Assembly: GCA_963826525.1 (NCBI GenBank)
Contig: CAWGXH010000004.1
Location: 1,632,001 to 1,696,000, forward strand
Direction: 5' to 3'
From: an uncultured Methanomicrobiaceae archaeon
GTDB taxonomy: Archaea; Halobacteriota; Methanomicrobia; Methanomicrobiales; Methanoculleaceae
Length of the DNA: 64,000 bases
Every line of letters starts with the position of its first letter. Position 1 is the stretch's first letter. A model generated the notes under the pieces. The model was not told the origin of the DNA, did no database searches, and saw only the letters and a program-made list of their open reading frames with translations. This document shows, in pieces, positions 23,371-34,700 of the stretch. The position numbers were made by a program, and so were the translations under genes.

Positions 23371-24850
23371 GTGTTCAAACCCTCCCGCTACCTCGCCCGG
23401 ATCATGGGTATCGGCACCGTCCAGCGGCAGAGCCTCATCAGTCTCAGCTCGACGATCGGGATCACCGCAATAGGGTTCCTCTCGACGATGTACTTTGCCC
23501 ATGCCGTCGGCCCGGCGGTGCTCGGCGCGTACTTCATCTTCGTCGCCTTCTTTGGGATCTTCGACCTCGTCGGGGACGGAGGGTTTGGGGGAGCCGTCAT
23601 AAAGCGGATCAGCGAAGGGAAGGAACAGGACGAATACTTCTCGGCCTTCGGGGTTCTGCGAGTCCTTCTCCTTGCCGTCTCCGTAGCCGTGCTCCTGCTT
23701 CTCGAACCGTTTCTCGTCGACCTCACTTCGGCAGGAGTTTTCTCCTGGCTGATCGTCGCCCTTGTCGTCAGCGTCTTTACGAGCACGGTCTCCTATAGCG
23801 TCTACGGGAGCGGAAAGGTCGGGGTCTACCAACTGAGCGGGCTTTTCAACAACGTGTTGCGGATCTCCCTGCAGGTCATTGCGGTCTTCATTGGTTTCGG
23901 GGTCGCGGGACTGGTCGGGGGTTTTGTCGCCGGCCTGCTCGCCGCCGGTCTCTTTAACCTGCTCTTCCTCGATCTCCGCCCAGCACTCTTCGGGTGGCGG
24001 CATCTTTCGAGCCTCTTCTCCTTCTCGGTCTGGACGTTTTTGAGTTCGAGCGGGTATCTCGTCTTCACCTACGCCGACACCGTCCTGATCGGCTACTTCA
24101 TGGCCGACGCAGATGTCGGCATCTACCGCGTCGCCCTCCAGCTCACCACAATCGCGACCTTCATTACGATGGCGCTCCACACCACGCTCTTTCCCCGGAT
24201 GAGCCACTGGGCGTCGCACGGAGAACATGACTCCATCGCATCCTCGCTCACCCGGGCGTTCACCTACTCGCTCCTCCTCGCCGTCCCGGTGCTCACCGGG
24301 GGCTGGCTGCTCGGCGAACGGCTCCTTTACTTCTTCTACGGGGCATCTTTCGCCGCCGGTGCGCCGGCGCTCGCCGTTCTGCTCGTCGTTCAGGTGGCGA
24401 ACGTCTTTATGTTCCTCCAGACGATGACCTTGAACGCCCTCGACCGGCCGAAGGACTCCTTCCGGGCGACGGCCGTCGCAGCCGTCGTCAACATCGGCCT
24501 GAATATCGCCCTCATACCGCTGCTCGGCATTGTCGGGGCAGCCGTAGCGACGCTTGTCACGATGGTGCTGAACGCGGGTCTTGCCTACCGTGCGCTCTCC
24601 CGCCTCATGCCTGTGGGGATCGAGCGCCGCCCGGTCGGAAACATTCTCGCAGCTGCACTCGTCATGGCCGCGGTTATCGGTCTCTATGTCCTGTTCGCCC
24701 CGCTTACGAACGTCTTCGCCTGTCCTCGGGGCCGTGCTTCTTGGCGGGGCGGTCTACGGCGTCGTGCTGCTCCGGATGGATCGGGGCATCCACGACGAAC
24801 TCAAAGATCTGACGCAGAAACTCGGGCTTCCCTGGCCGGCTTTGCTCTGA
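23371..24850 (+). CDS. Wzx-type flippase, copy 2 (one frameshift near 24720)
   Basis: Same MFKPSRYLARIMGIGTVQRQSL start as copy 1; true C-terminus ELKDLTQKLGLPWPALL is in ORF 24581..24850. Confidence 0.9.
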
Positions 24851-25922
24851 GACCGGCCTCATCGATGCACCCGCATACTGCAGCAATGGTTGCGTCGATC
24901 TCCCCATGTTTCATTGTGACATGTATGGAGATGGCGATCCCCCGCTCCAGGATCGCCCGTGATCGCTGCCAGAGGGCGTGGCGGTCATGTTCCCGGTAGC
25001 GGGTATATCTATGGAGGGAGGATATGATCCCAGTCTCCGGCAAAGTCCCATGCGAGTGAGTCGGGCAGGTTCTTCATTGCACGTTCCCGTTCTCTCCAGC
25101 ACCGGGCAAATGCCGCAGTCGCCTCCGACTCTCGAGGAAGAAGAAGACGATCGTGCTCCCGGTATCGCCACGAGGATTGGGAACCTCCCTATGTTCTATT
25201 CCCGCAAGATCGGAAGATCCATCCTGTATCTGCTGTTTTGCTTTTCGCTGGTGCTCGATAACCGTATCCATCCTCCGACAGTTGTGCGAGCCCCACCGCG
25301 CCCTGTAGTTCACTCATCCGAAAGTTGAAGCCAGGGAACCGACGGGGATCTGAACCCTGTGGGGCGTGCGGGTCTTCCATCACCCGACCGTGGTTTGCAT
25401 ATGCCCGCGCCCGTGCGACGATCTCGTCGTTCTCCGTGGAGAGCACCCCGCCTTCGAGCCCCGGGAGACTGTGCTCGGCGGCGTTCTCTGCGATCTCGTC
25501 CATCCTAGCCGCGAAGCCCATCGTGTGCACCGGGATGATTGCCTTAGTCTTTCCGGTGATCTTTCCTGCAAGGTCGCCCGGGTCCATTGTCAGTGTCGTG
25601 TCGATCTCGGTGATGACGGGGACACCCCGCATGCAACTATCGCTCGACTGTGGTGACGAACGTATAACTCTGGGTGATCACCTCATCGCTGCCTCTCACG
25701 CTGGGTGCCTTCAGGGCGACCGGTGAGTGCCGCAGTGCCCGAGGTGGCCGCGAGCGCATGACAGGTGCCCCTCTTCCGGGCAAACGCCCGTTCAAACTAT
25801 TCTATGCGGTGTATGCCTCCCCGACGCTCATCATGTCCGAAGCGAGTGAGTACGCTCCCCATGTTCGAAGATCTCATGAGCTGCGTTGAGTTTCTCCTCC
25901 CTATCGATTCATACCCCGGCAT
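24801..25922 (-). pseudogene. DegT/DnrJ/EryC1/StrS sugar aminotransferase pseudogene, KdnA-like
   Basis: Pieces in several frames: MPGYESIG, TSGTAAL, DEVITQSYTFV, EIDTTL, TKAIIPVH, GFNFRMSELQGAVGLAQL, REVPNPRGDTG; internal stop, several shifts, and the PLP Asp/Lys segment is deleted (LPGLE joined to GGVL). Confidence 0.8.
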
Positions 25923-26034
25923 GGTGCTCTCCCCCGTATGCTGAGCAGACGCATCCCCGGCAGGCGTCTGTCCGCACTAAGCGTTTGGCAGGTGGGGTGT
26001 GGTTCGGGATGGAGAGAGGGCCTAAAAAAATGTT

Positions 26035-26487
26035 TCAGTGTTCGATCTTGCGGATATGATCGTAGGCGTTCTCTGCGAGTTTCTCCCTCCCCTGCAGCTC
26101 GGCAATATCCCGGATGGCTTCGAGCATGTGGACGGAGTCCTCGAGGTAACTCAGTATGTCCGCGGGGTAGAGGTCGATCCCGTACTCGTCGAGAAGGTGG
26201 GCGCCGATCTGCCGGTGATCGAGGCCGAGCTCACGAAGTTCAATGATATGTTCGGCAAACTTCCGTTCCGGACAACCGCAGAGGGGCGTGTTTTTGCAGG
26301 TGCAGCCGAGGAACTCCTCGAAGAATGCGAGGAGTTGGGCGCGGAGGTTTCGGTCGAGATGCTCGTAGTTGATTGCCGTCCCAACCGCCTCGAGGAAGCC
26401 TCCGGAGAAGGCCTTGTCCGGGAGGCGAAACCCTGCCGCCCTCTCAAGTTTTCTTGCTGCGCGAAATCTGGCTTTGTCTGATATCAC
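26035..26487 (-). CDS. DUF5814-like protein (stand-alone domain related to the C-terminus of archaeal DEAD/H helicases)
   Basis: CTC...CGCPERKF, ELRELGL, YGIDLYPADILSYLE; GTG start overlaps the upstream TGA. Confidence 0.7.
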   Translation of the reverse strand: MISDKARFRAARKLERAAGFRLPDKAFSGGFLEAVGTAINYEHLDRNLRAQLLAFFEEFLGCTCKNTPLCGCPERKFAEHIIELRELGLDHRQIGAHLLDEYGIDLYPADILSYLEDSVHMLEAIRDIAELQGREKLAENAYDHIRKIEH

Positions 26488-27110
26488 GACGTTTCTCCGG
26501 GCTCCTCGTCGAACTTGCTCAAGGATTTTACCGCGTTGGCCATAGTATCGATCTCGATGAGCCACTCCTCAAAGAGTGTCGGGTTCTCCATATCGTCCTT
26601 GATGTAGCGTGCACAGCAGGTTGCACCGTCGATGACGCTTGCTCCGATCTGGGCGGCTATCTCGAGCCCTTCTTCGAGATCTTCCTCCCCGAGCGCCTTG
26701 CCTTTCTTGACCAGCGCCTTGATGTCGGAGTCGTAACCGCCCTCAAGATATTTCCGGCAGGAGGTGAAGAGCACGAGCAGCGTAGGCTGCAGTGAGCCGA
26801 TGATCTCCTCGAGTTCTCCTTCGGGAAGACCGGTCATGACGATCAGTTCCACATCATCGAGTTTTTCCTTCGCTTCTTCCACCGTGAACCGCCCGTTCTG
26901 GTAGAGGCGGATGATCTTCAGCACCGAGATGGTGACATCTTCGGTGAAACTATAGAGTATCTGGAGCCCTTCGGAGACGTCCTCGTCATCCTGCGGTTCG
27001 AAGCTTGCCTGCTCGAGTGATTGTATCCAGTTATTCCAGCGTTCCTGATTGTAAAAAATATAAAAGAGCTTCATCGGCTCTGCTTCAGTGGTGCTCTTCT
27101 TCCTAGCCAT
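26484..27110 (-). CDS. DUF2150 family protein
   Basis: FYNQERWNNW, AAQIGASVIDG, FEEWL; acidic archaeal conserved protein recognised by motif. Confidence 0.7.
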   Translation of the reverse strand: MARKKSTTEAEPMKLFYIFYNQERWNNWIQSLEQASFEPQDDEDVSEGLQILYSFTEDVTISVLKIIRLYQNGRFTVEEAKEKLDDVELIVMTGLPEGELEEIIGSLQPTLLVLFTSCRKYLEGGYDSDIKALVKKGKALGEEDLEEGLEIAAQIGASVIDGATCCARYIKDDMENPTLFEEWLIEIDTMANAVKSLSKFDEEPGETS

Positions 27111-27226
27111 GTTAGTACACATTTCGGTCTGCCTCTGTTAAAATTATTTTCTATAACATCGGTTCGGGGGGATTTTCCGCCATTTTCCCAACATTCATGT
27201 AGATCGAGCGAGCATACAGAGAGCAG

Positions 27227-27998
27227 ATGGCGATGCTTGAACGGCTTGATGAGGTGCTGAGATCCTGCGAACCCTTTGCGGTCGCGCTCTCCGGCGGAAC
27301 CGACAGTTCGGTGCTCCTCGCGTATGCACATGGCCTCGGGCTCCGGGTCATGGGGATAAGCGTCGATACCGGAATGAGCCCGCCCGGAGAGGCTCGAAGC
27401 TGCGGAGAGGCTCGCCACCGGACTTGATGTGCCGTACGCCCTCGTTCGGCAGGATATGCTGAGCATCCCGGAGGTCCGGGAGAACCTCCCGAACCGCTGT
27501 TACGTATGCAAGCGAGAGATGATGCAGGCGATCATCCGTGAAGCGGAGCACTATGGCTACCCGGTGGTCGCGGATGGAACCCACGCGGGCGACCTGCCCG
27601 AGGACAGGCCGGGTATGACCGCTCTTCGTGAACTCGGTATCGTCAGCCCCTTTGCTGAAGCGGGCATGGGAAAGGATGATATCGTTGCTCTTGCCGCAGA
27701 TCTCGAGATCCCTGTGCGTCCACCCTCGTCATGCCTCGCCACCCGCATACCTGCGGGCCTTCCCCTCACCCGGGAATGCCTCGAGATGGCGGGACGGGCG
27801 GAGGCGCTGCTCCGCGGCGTAGTGACCGGCATGCTCAGGGTGCGCTGTGTCGACCTGCGGGCCTTCATTGAGGCCGATCCCTCGGAGCACCCGCTCATAA
27901 TACCGCTCCTCCCGGAGATCAAGCGCCTCGGCTTTACGGATGCCGTCCTCGTTCCCGGCGGCTACCGCCAGGGAGGTGCCGACGCATGGAAGCGGTGA
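27227..27998 (+). CDS. larE: LarE-like ATP-dependent sulfur transferase (PP-loop, TIGR00268-like), one frameshift
   Basis: ALSGGTDSS PP-loop, NRCYVCK, DGTHAGD, DRPG, SCLATRIP. Confidence 0.85.
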
Positions 27999-29166
27999 TG
28001 GTGCGTTACGGCGAGCTCTTCCTCAAGAGCGAACCGGTCAAACGACGATTTATCATGGCTCTCGCGAAGAATATCCGCCTTGCCCTTGAAGCCGCTTCAC
28101 TCCCCCACCGGATAGAGACGCCCCGGGGCAGGGTCCTGATCTTCGGGGACGACGCAAGAGCAATCGCCGATATCGCAAGCAGGATCTTCGGTGTCGTGGG
28201 CGTCAGTGTCTGCTCGGTGACGACCCCCGATATCGAAGGGATCTCGCGCGCAGCGGTCGAGCGTGCGGAGGGCCGCCTCAAACCCGGTATGACGTTTGCC
28301 GTCAGGGGCCGCCGGTCGGGTGTGGAGGGGTTCAGCAGCCAGGAACTTGCAGGAGCTGTCGGATATGCCGTCGGGCAGCGGTTTCCCGGGGCATCGGTGA
28401 ACCTCTCTGAGCCTGATTACGAGATCTTTGTGGAGGCGAAAGAGTTCGGCGGGCTCGTATACGATTCAAGGCAGGACTGGACCGGGAGGGCTCCCCTTCG
28501 GGACACAGGGTGCGGTGATGACGCTGCTCTCCGAGGGGATCGACTCGCCGGTTGCGTCCTGGCTGATGATGAGGCGAGGGTGCACAATGGTGCATCTGCA
28601 TATGCGGAGCGGGCGGTTCGGCGGCAGTGACGTGGAGGAAACCGTTCTCCGGCACCATGCAAAGCTCTCCCTATGGACTCCGGGGCACCCCCTCGACCTC
28701 CTCATCGTGGATATGGAGCCGTTCTTTGAGGCGCTCGTGCAGTCTGAAGGAGCCGCGATACCGGTGCGTGCTCTGCAAGCGGTTCATGCTGAAGGCAGCA
28801 AGCGAGGTGGCGAAGAGGCGGGGGATCTATGCGGTCGTCAACGGCGACAACCTCGGGCAGGTAGCCTCCCAGACGCTTGCGAACATGGCGGTGGTTGCGC
28901 CGGCCGCTACGATACCGGTCCTCCGCCCGCTCCTCGGGTTCGACAAGTCGGAGATCGTCGATCGTGCAAAGATGATCGGAACGTTCGATCCCGTCCAGGG
29001 AGATATCGGGTGCAGTCTCGCCCCGAAACATCCGTCGACCGCGGCGCAGGCTGAAATCATCGAGGAGATTGAAAAAGAGATTCTGATGGAAGAGCACGTC
29101 GCCAGAGCCGTCGAAACGGTCGGGTGTCGGCGGGCTCTGAACGGCGATCTTGTGGCGATCAGGTGA
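27986..29166 (+). CDS. thiI: tRNA 4-thiouridine synthase ThiI (THUMP + PP-loop, no rhodanese domain), two frameshifts
   Basis: VRYGELFLKS, GPGGLPFGTQG, LLSEGIDSPVA, CVLCKR, GDNLGQVASQTLAN, RPLLGFDK. Confidence 0.9.
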
Positions 29167-30337
29167 TGGAGAGGTTGTTCTCCCGGGCGATCTCCACGAA
29201 CGCGTCTGCGACGTGCCCCGCCTGCTTCTCCGTAAGGCCGTAGGTGTTGAACTTCCAGACCTTGGTCGAGCCGGGTATGACCCCGGTAATCCCTCTCTTC
29301 TTCAGGTCGCTTGAGAGGAAGAATCCCCGCTTTTTATGCACCTCGGCAACCTTATCAAAGGAGCTGCGGGTGTCGATACGGGTCAGCGTGTGGGAGCGCG
29401 GATAGTCGGAGAGCACTCGTGTTCCCTCGATGGAGAGGAGAGCGTCGACGATGCGGCGGGAGCGTGCGACTTCCGTATCCCAGTGTTTCACCCGTTCCCT
29501 GACGTGGGGGAAGGATGCCATCATCCCGATGACGGTGACTCCCATGAGGGTGCATCCCATCATCTCGATCTCCTTGATTCCGAACGTCCTGCCGGTGATG
29601 TCGCCTTTTGCCCGGGTGGTCCGAAAGACCCGTTCTGCATGTTCGGCGGTCGTCGCGACGAGGCCCGATGGGGCGGGTGCGGCCATGCTCTTGTGCCCGG
29701 AGCCGATCACGAAGTCGACACCGAGATCTTTTCCGTCGACCGGCATGGTACCGACCGAGTATGCCCCGTTGAGAAGGATAGGAATGTCATACTGGTGGGC
29801 GACTTTCGCGATCGCTTTCGCATCGTGGACGTTCCCGTACTGGTAGTCGACGTGGTCGAGGAACATGAGCGGGGGTGTGCGTTTGAACTCATCGATCACG
29901 TCTTCGATCCGTGCTGCAACAGCGTCCGGGGTGATGTGATTCTTCTCGTCTTTCGGGATCTCCCGTGGAATGCCCCCCGCCTGTTCCACGGCTACAAACT
30001 CAGTATAGTGGGCGAGAGACGTGAGGAGAACGGGGTCGCCTTTCTCGACATACGTACTTGCAACCGCCTGAAATCCCCGCCGGGCTCCCGGCACCACGCG
30101 CACCTGATCCATATTCAGCCATTCTGCAAGATCGGCGTGGAACTGTGCGATCGGGGGTTTTTTGATATAGTCCAGCCTGAACGGCTTCTGGCAGGCGTCG
30201 CAGACCGAATACCCGTCTCCGTAGGCGATAGCTGCCTTCATGGCATCGGCAGTGAGCCTGCCCCCTGCCTGGATCGGGTCGATGTTGATAAACATCTCCT
30301 CGACGTCACGGACTTCGATATCGATCGCGCACTTCAT
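29159..30337 (-). CDS. pscS: O-phosphoseryl-tRNA:Cys-tRNA synthase (SepCysS)
   Basis: NIDPIQAGGRL, GDGYSVCDAC, LNGAY, SGHKSMAA (PLP Lys), MMGCT, KFNTYG. Confidence 0.95.
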   Translation of the reverse strand: MKCAIDIEVRDVEEMFINIDPIQAGGRLTADAMKAAIAYGDGYSVCDACQKPFRLDYIKKPPIAQFHADLAEWLNMDQVRVVPGARRGFQAVASTYVEKGDPVLLTSLAHYTEFVAVEQAGGIPREIPKDEKNHITPDAVAARIEDVIDEFKRTPPLMFLDHVDYQYGNVHDAKAIAKVAHQYDIPILLNGAYSVGTMPVDGKDLGVDFVIGSGHKSMAAPAPSGLVATTAEHAERVFRTTRAKGDITGRTFGIKEIEMMGCTLMGVTVIGMMASFPHVRERVKHWDTEVARSRRIVDALLSIEGTRVLSDYPRSHTLTRIDTRSSFDKVAEVHKKRGFFLSSDLKKRGITGVIPGSTKVWKFNTYGLTEKQAGHVADAFVEIARENNLSIT

Positions 30338-30516
30338 CGGATCAGCTCCTCCTCGATGATCGTAATCTGCCGTTTTGCCTTCTCGATGTACGCCTGCGCC
30401 CGCTGTCTCTGCTCGTCGTCCATGACATGATCCGGAGCGGTCTCACGCATGAGTGCCCGGAGATCCGAGAGGTTGAACAGCGCCTGAAAAATTGCATCAA
30501 CGGCCCGTCTGGACAA
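30334..30516 (-). CDS. Small helical protein translationally coupled to SepCysS (SepCysSn / SepCysE N-terminal-like)
   Basis: 60-aa amphipathic two-helix ORF whose TGA overlaps the pscS ATG; the track start at 30516 is a TTG and the true start may be slightly upstream. Confidence 0.6.
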   Translation of the reverse strand: MSRRAVDAIFQALFNLSDLRALMRETAPDHVMDDEQRQRAQAYIEKAKRQITIIEEELIR

Positions 30517-30642
30517 AATATCACCATACTAATATCAGCTATGATATATAGATAGATCTGATAAGACCGAGGCCGAAACTCCAATACATTCGCCCTCCGG
30601 CCGTCAGGGTTTTAACAGCAGGAGACAGGTGATAGATCGGGC

Positions 30643-31790
30643 ATGAAGATCGTTCATATAGCGGATACGCACCTCGGGCTGTCGGCATTCAATAAGATAG
30701 ACCCTGAAACCGGGATGAATCTACGAGAACGGCTGATATACGATAATTTTCTTGCTGCCGTCGATCAGATCGTCCGGCAGCGGCCGGATGTAATCGTGCA
30801 TGCGGGCGATCTCTTCCATCAGGTCAAGCCCAAGACCCGCGCCTACACGACCGTCCTCGAAGCACTCAGGAGGCTCGAAGAAGCAGGTATTCCCTTTGTC
30901 GTTATTGCCGGAAACCACAGCATGGCGAAGACCCGCCACACGCCGTCCCCGCTCGAGGTGCTGGAGTACCATACCGCCGAGGTTCATGCCGCGTACAGGC
31001 ATCAGTACCACCGGGTCGAGATAGGAGATGTATCTTTCACCTGATCCCGAATATGCTGCAGACGAGTGGATACCGGGAAGCGTTCGAATCTATTGAGTTC
31101 GGCACCGGAAAGAACGTGCTCGTCACGCACGGTCTTGCAAGCGCTATCAAGGATCGCCGGTTACAGACAGTGGCGGAGCATGAGATTGATGCCACGATCC
31201 TCTCGGACCGGTTCGATTACATAGCGCTTGGTCACTACCATGCCCAGAGTCAGGTTGCCGAGAACGCCTGGTACAGCGGGTCTCTCGAATACTGCACCTA
31301 CGGTGAGATCCGGGATACGAAGGGCGGGCTGCTTGTCGACCTTGATGATCGGAGCGTGAAGCATCTCGATCTCGCACATACTCCGATGGTCGATCTCGGC
31401 AGGATCAACTGTGATGGCCTTGCTGCAAAGGATATTCTGGCAGGGATCGTCGATCTCGCTTCGTCGAATCACACGCCGCAAGGGGGAATGTGCCAGATCA
31501 CCCTCGACGGCGTGCTTCGGGAGACGCTGCGGGGACTTGACCAGCGGGCGCTCAATGATCTGCGCAGCGATCTTCTGGACCTGAAGTTCCGAACAATCGC
31601 TGCCGAAGATTCTTCGCCGGTCTTTCGTGAGCAGAGCCTCGCAGGTGTGGACTACGTCAGCGAATTCGAGCGTTTTGTGGAGATGCAGCACCTGAACGAT
31701 ACGCAGGAGGCGTACGTGAAAGAGAAGGGCGGCGGGATTCTGCGGTCGGTTATTGCCAGGCAGAGAGAGGTGAACGATGCTTCTTCATAG
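30643..31790 (+). CDS. mre11: Mre11/SbcD nuclease, one frameshift near 31035
   Basis: HIADTHLG, AGDLFH, AGNH, THG, ALGHYH, YSGSLE. Confidence 0.92.
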
Positions 31791-34700
31791 GCTCGTCATG
31801 CGCAACTTCAAACGCTACCGCGACCAGGAGATCACCTTCTGCGACGGGATAACCGGTATCGTTGGGAGCAACGGCGCCGGGAAGAGCAGCATCATCGAGG
31901 CCGTCCTCTTCGCACTCTACGGGCTGCAGGGAACGGGCCTTGACGGGAATTACATCGTCAGCGCGTTCGCCGAGCAGCAGGAGCCCTGCGAGGTCAGGCT
32001 CGATTTCTCCGTAGCCGGAAATGAGTATAGCGTCGTTCGCAGATTCCGGAAGCGTCCGTCTTCGACACTACACGATGCACGTCTTTTCCTGAACGGAAGG
32101 CCGTTCGGTGAGTATGCCGATGGTGTACAGAACGTCCTGCTCGGGGTCCAGCGGGTCGTCGGGATGGCTCCTGCCGATTTTAAAAACACTATCTATGCAG
32201 GCCAGAAAGATCTCCTCTCGCTTCTCGAGAGCCGCCCGGGGTCGAGGAAGGACTGGTTCATGCAGGTGCTCGGTATCGAGTATCTCAAACGTGACAGCAT
32301 GGAGGAGCTCCGCCGGTGTATCGACGGGTGCGAAAAGAAACTCTCCAATCTGACCGGAAGGCTTGAAGAGGCTCGATGCAGAAGACTGTCCGTGACCGAT
32401 TGCTCTTGCTTCAGAGCGACCACGAAGTGGCTGAGCGTGCGATCCGCAGGGCCGAGGAAGAGCGGGCAGCGGCCGGAGAGCGGCGGGAAAAGGCGCGGGG
32501 AGAACGCGATCGCCTGTTCGGAGTCCGCGAGCAGCATCTCCAGCTCGCCGCCGAAGAGTCGCGACAGGCAGGGGAGTCTGCAGCGCGTTCTTCTGGAATG
32601 CCGTGAGATTGAAGGAGGAGATATACGCAACCGAAGCATTCCGTGAGGAGATCTCCCTTCTCTCCGATACCGCCGGCCACTATGAAAAGGCAGAGGCAGG
32701 TATCGCCGAATGTACGGAGAAGAAGGTATGCGTGGAGCGGTTCGACCTCGAATGTGCTCAATGGCGCGATCTTATCGGGCAGCATGAAGGTCGGCGGCAA
32801 CGGATTGTCTCGGAACTCGAATCTCTCCGGGAATGCGAAGAGCGGCAGAGCAGCCTTGAGCAGCAGATCCTGATGCGGCGCGAAGTCCCTGAGCGCCTCG
32901 AGCAGGTAAAGGCCGTCGAGCCTGAGCATGCACGCCTGAGAAACGAGTTGTCACGCCTGGACGAGCGGTTTTGTGCGGTGGAGCGGCGTGTCGTTGAGAT
33001 CAGGAGCGAAATTGAGGTGGTTGAGGAGCAGCAGCGGCGCCTTGAGGCTCTCGATGCTGCACTGAAGGAGTATGAGGGATACTGTGTCCGCGACGATCTC
33101 CTCTCGCAGGCGGCCGTCTTCGCCCGGCAGCAGGCTCTCTGCCAGCGGGAGATGGGCGACTTTGGGGCGCAGGTGGATAGTATCGATGAGCAGATCGAGG
33201 CGCTATCGGGCAGCCTCGCCGGTCTGGATAATCTTGACGGTCTGGCCTCCTCCCTTGCAGACCGAAAGGAAGAGTTGCTATCCGTCGTCTCGTCATGCAT
33301 CGCACGGAAAGAGACTATCTGCCATGAGCTCGAGAAGATCGCCCGAAACCGTGAGGAGCTGGCTCTCGCGGGCAGGGAAGGGACGTGTCCGACGTGTCGT
33401 CAGCACCTCGGAGATCGGTATGAAGATCTGCTCGGTGAGCTTGCCGAGACTGCTACATCGCTGCAGGCCTCTCTGGCGGCGGTGGAAGAGAGTCATGCCT
33501 GTGCTGCTGCCGAGCAGGTGCGCGTACAGAGAGAACTTGCTCGCCTTGAAGAGCAGCGCCGGCAGCATGAAGAGCTGCAGAACGCACTGCTGATCAAGAG
33601 GTCTCAGCGGAAGGATCTCATGAGCCGCCTTCTGAAATGGCAGAGTGAGTATGAGAGTCACGATGCTGCCATTCGGGCACTCGGTCTTCTGCGGTACGAT
33701 GCCGGCGAACACGAGATCGTAAAACAGCGTCGGGCTGCGCTTGAGCAGCAACGGTCTCGTGCAGATACGCTTCGGGGTATCTGCAGTTCTCTCCCGGCAC
33801 TCAGAAATGAGCGCAAAGAGCTCATCAGCGAGGTTGAAGGATTCCTTGCCCAAAAGGAGGTGCTCGAGGCCGCTTTATTGTCACTTGGCTTCGACCCGGC
33901 CGAGAAGAAGCGGCTCGAGGAGGAACGAGATCAGCTCGAAAGACTGCATCAGGAGTACACCCACAATCAGGCACTCCTTTCCCAGAAGCCGAAGTATTAT
34001 GATGAGATCGTTGAACTCGATGCACGGATCGAGAGCCTGAAGCAGGCGATACGGGATCGCGAGGCGGAACGGGAGCAGCTGGCGTACGATCCTGATCCTG
34101 CACCAGAAACTCCTGGAGCTGTACCGCCGTGCCGGGGATGCTCGCCGACGTGTGCTTGAGCTCGAGGTGCGGATGGAGGAGATCCCCCGCCTTCTGATCA
34201 GACTCGAGAAGAGGCAGACCGAGGCATGCCATCGTGAAGATGAACTCCTCCGGATCCGGAAGGAACGTGCGGCGCTCGGGTTTGACGACCGGCAGGTCGC
34301 GGCCGCAGAAGAATCCCTTGCCAGGGGAGAGCAGGATCTGCAGGCATGCATTGAGGAGCACAACCGGATCGCAATTGGGATACAGCAGACTGAGAGAGAT
34401 ATCGAGCGGTTCCGCCAGACTCTTTCCCGGATCGACGAACTTGTCCGGTCCAGCCAGGGTCTCCGGGAGGAGATCGAGCTCTTACGCCTGACCCGCAAGG
34501 TCATCGGCGACTACATCGTCTATCTCCTGCAGGTCGTCAGGGATCGGATAGAGGATGAGGCCGGGCGTATCCTCGGGGAGATCACGGACGGCCGGTACGA
34601 TACGGTGATGCTTGACGATGACTTTGCTGTTCTGGTACATGATATGGGTGAGGACTACCCTGCCGACAGGTTCAGCGGAGGTGAGCAGGATGATATCGCC

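Noticed and set aside
29336-30430. 364-aa plus-strand ORF
   Set aside because: Antisense shadow of pscS
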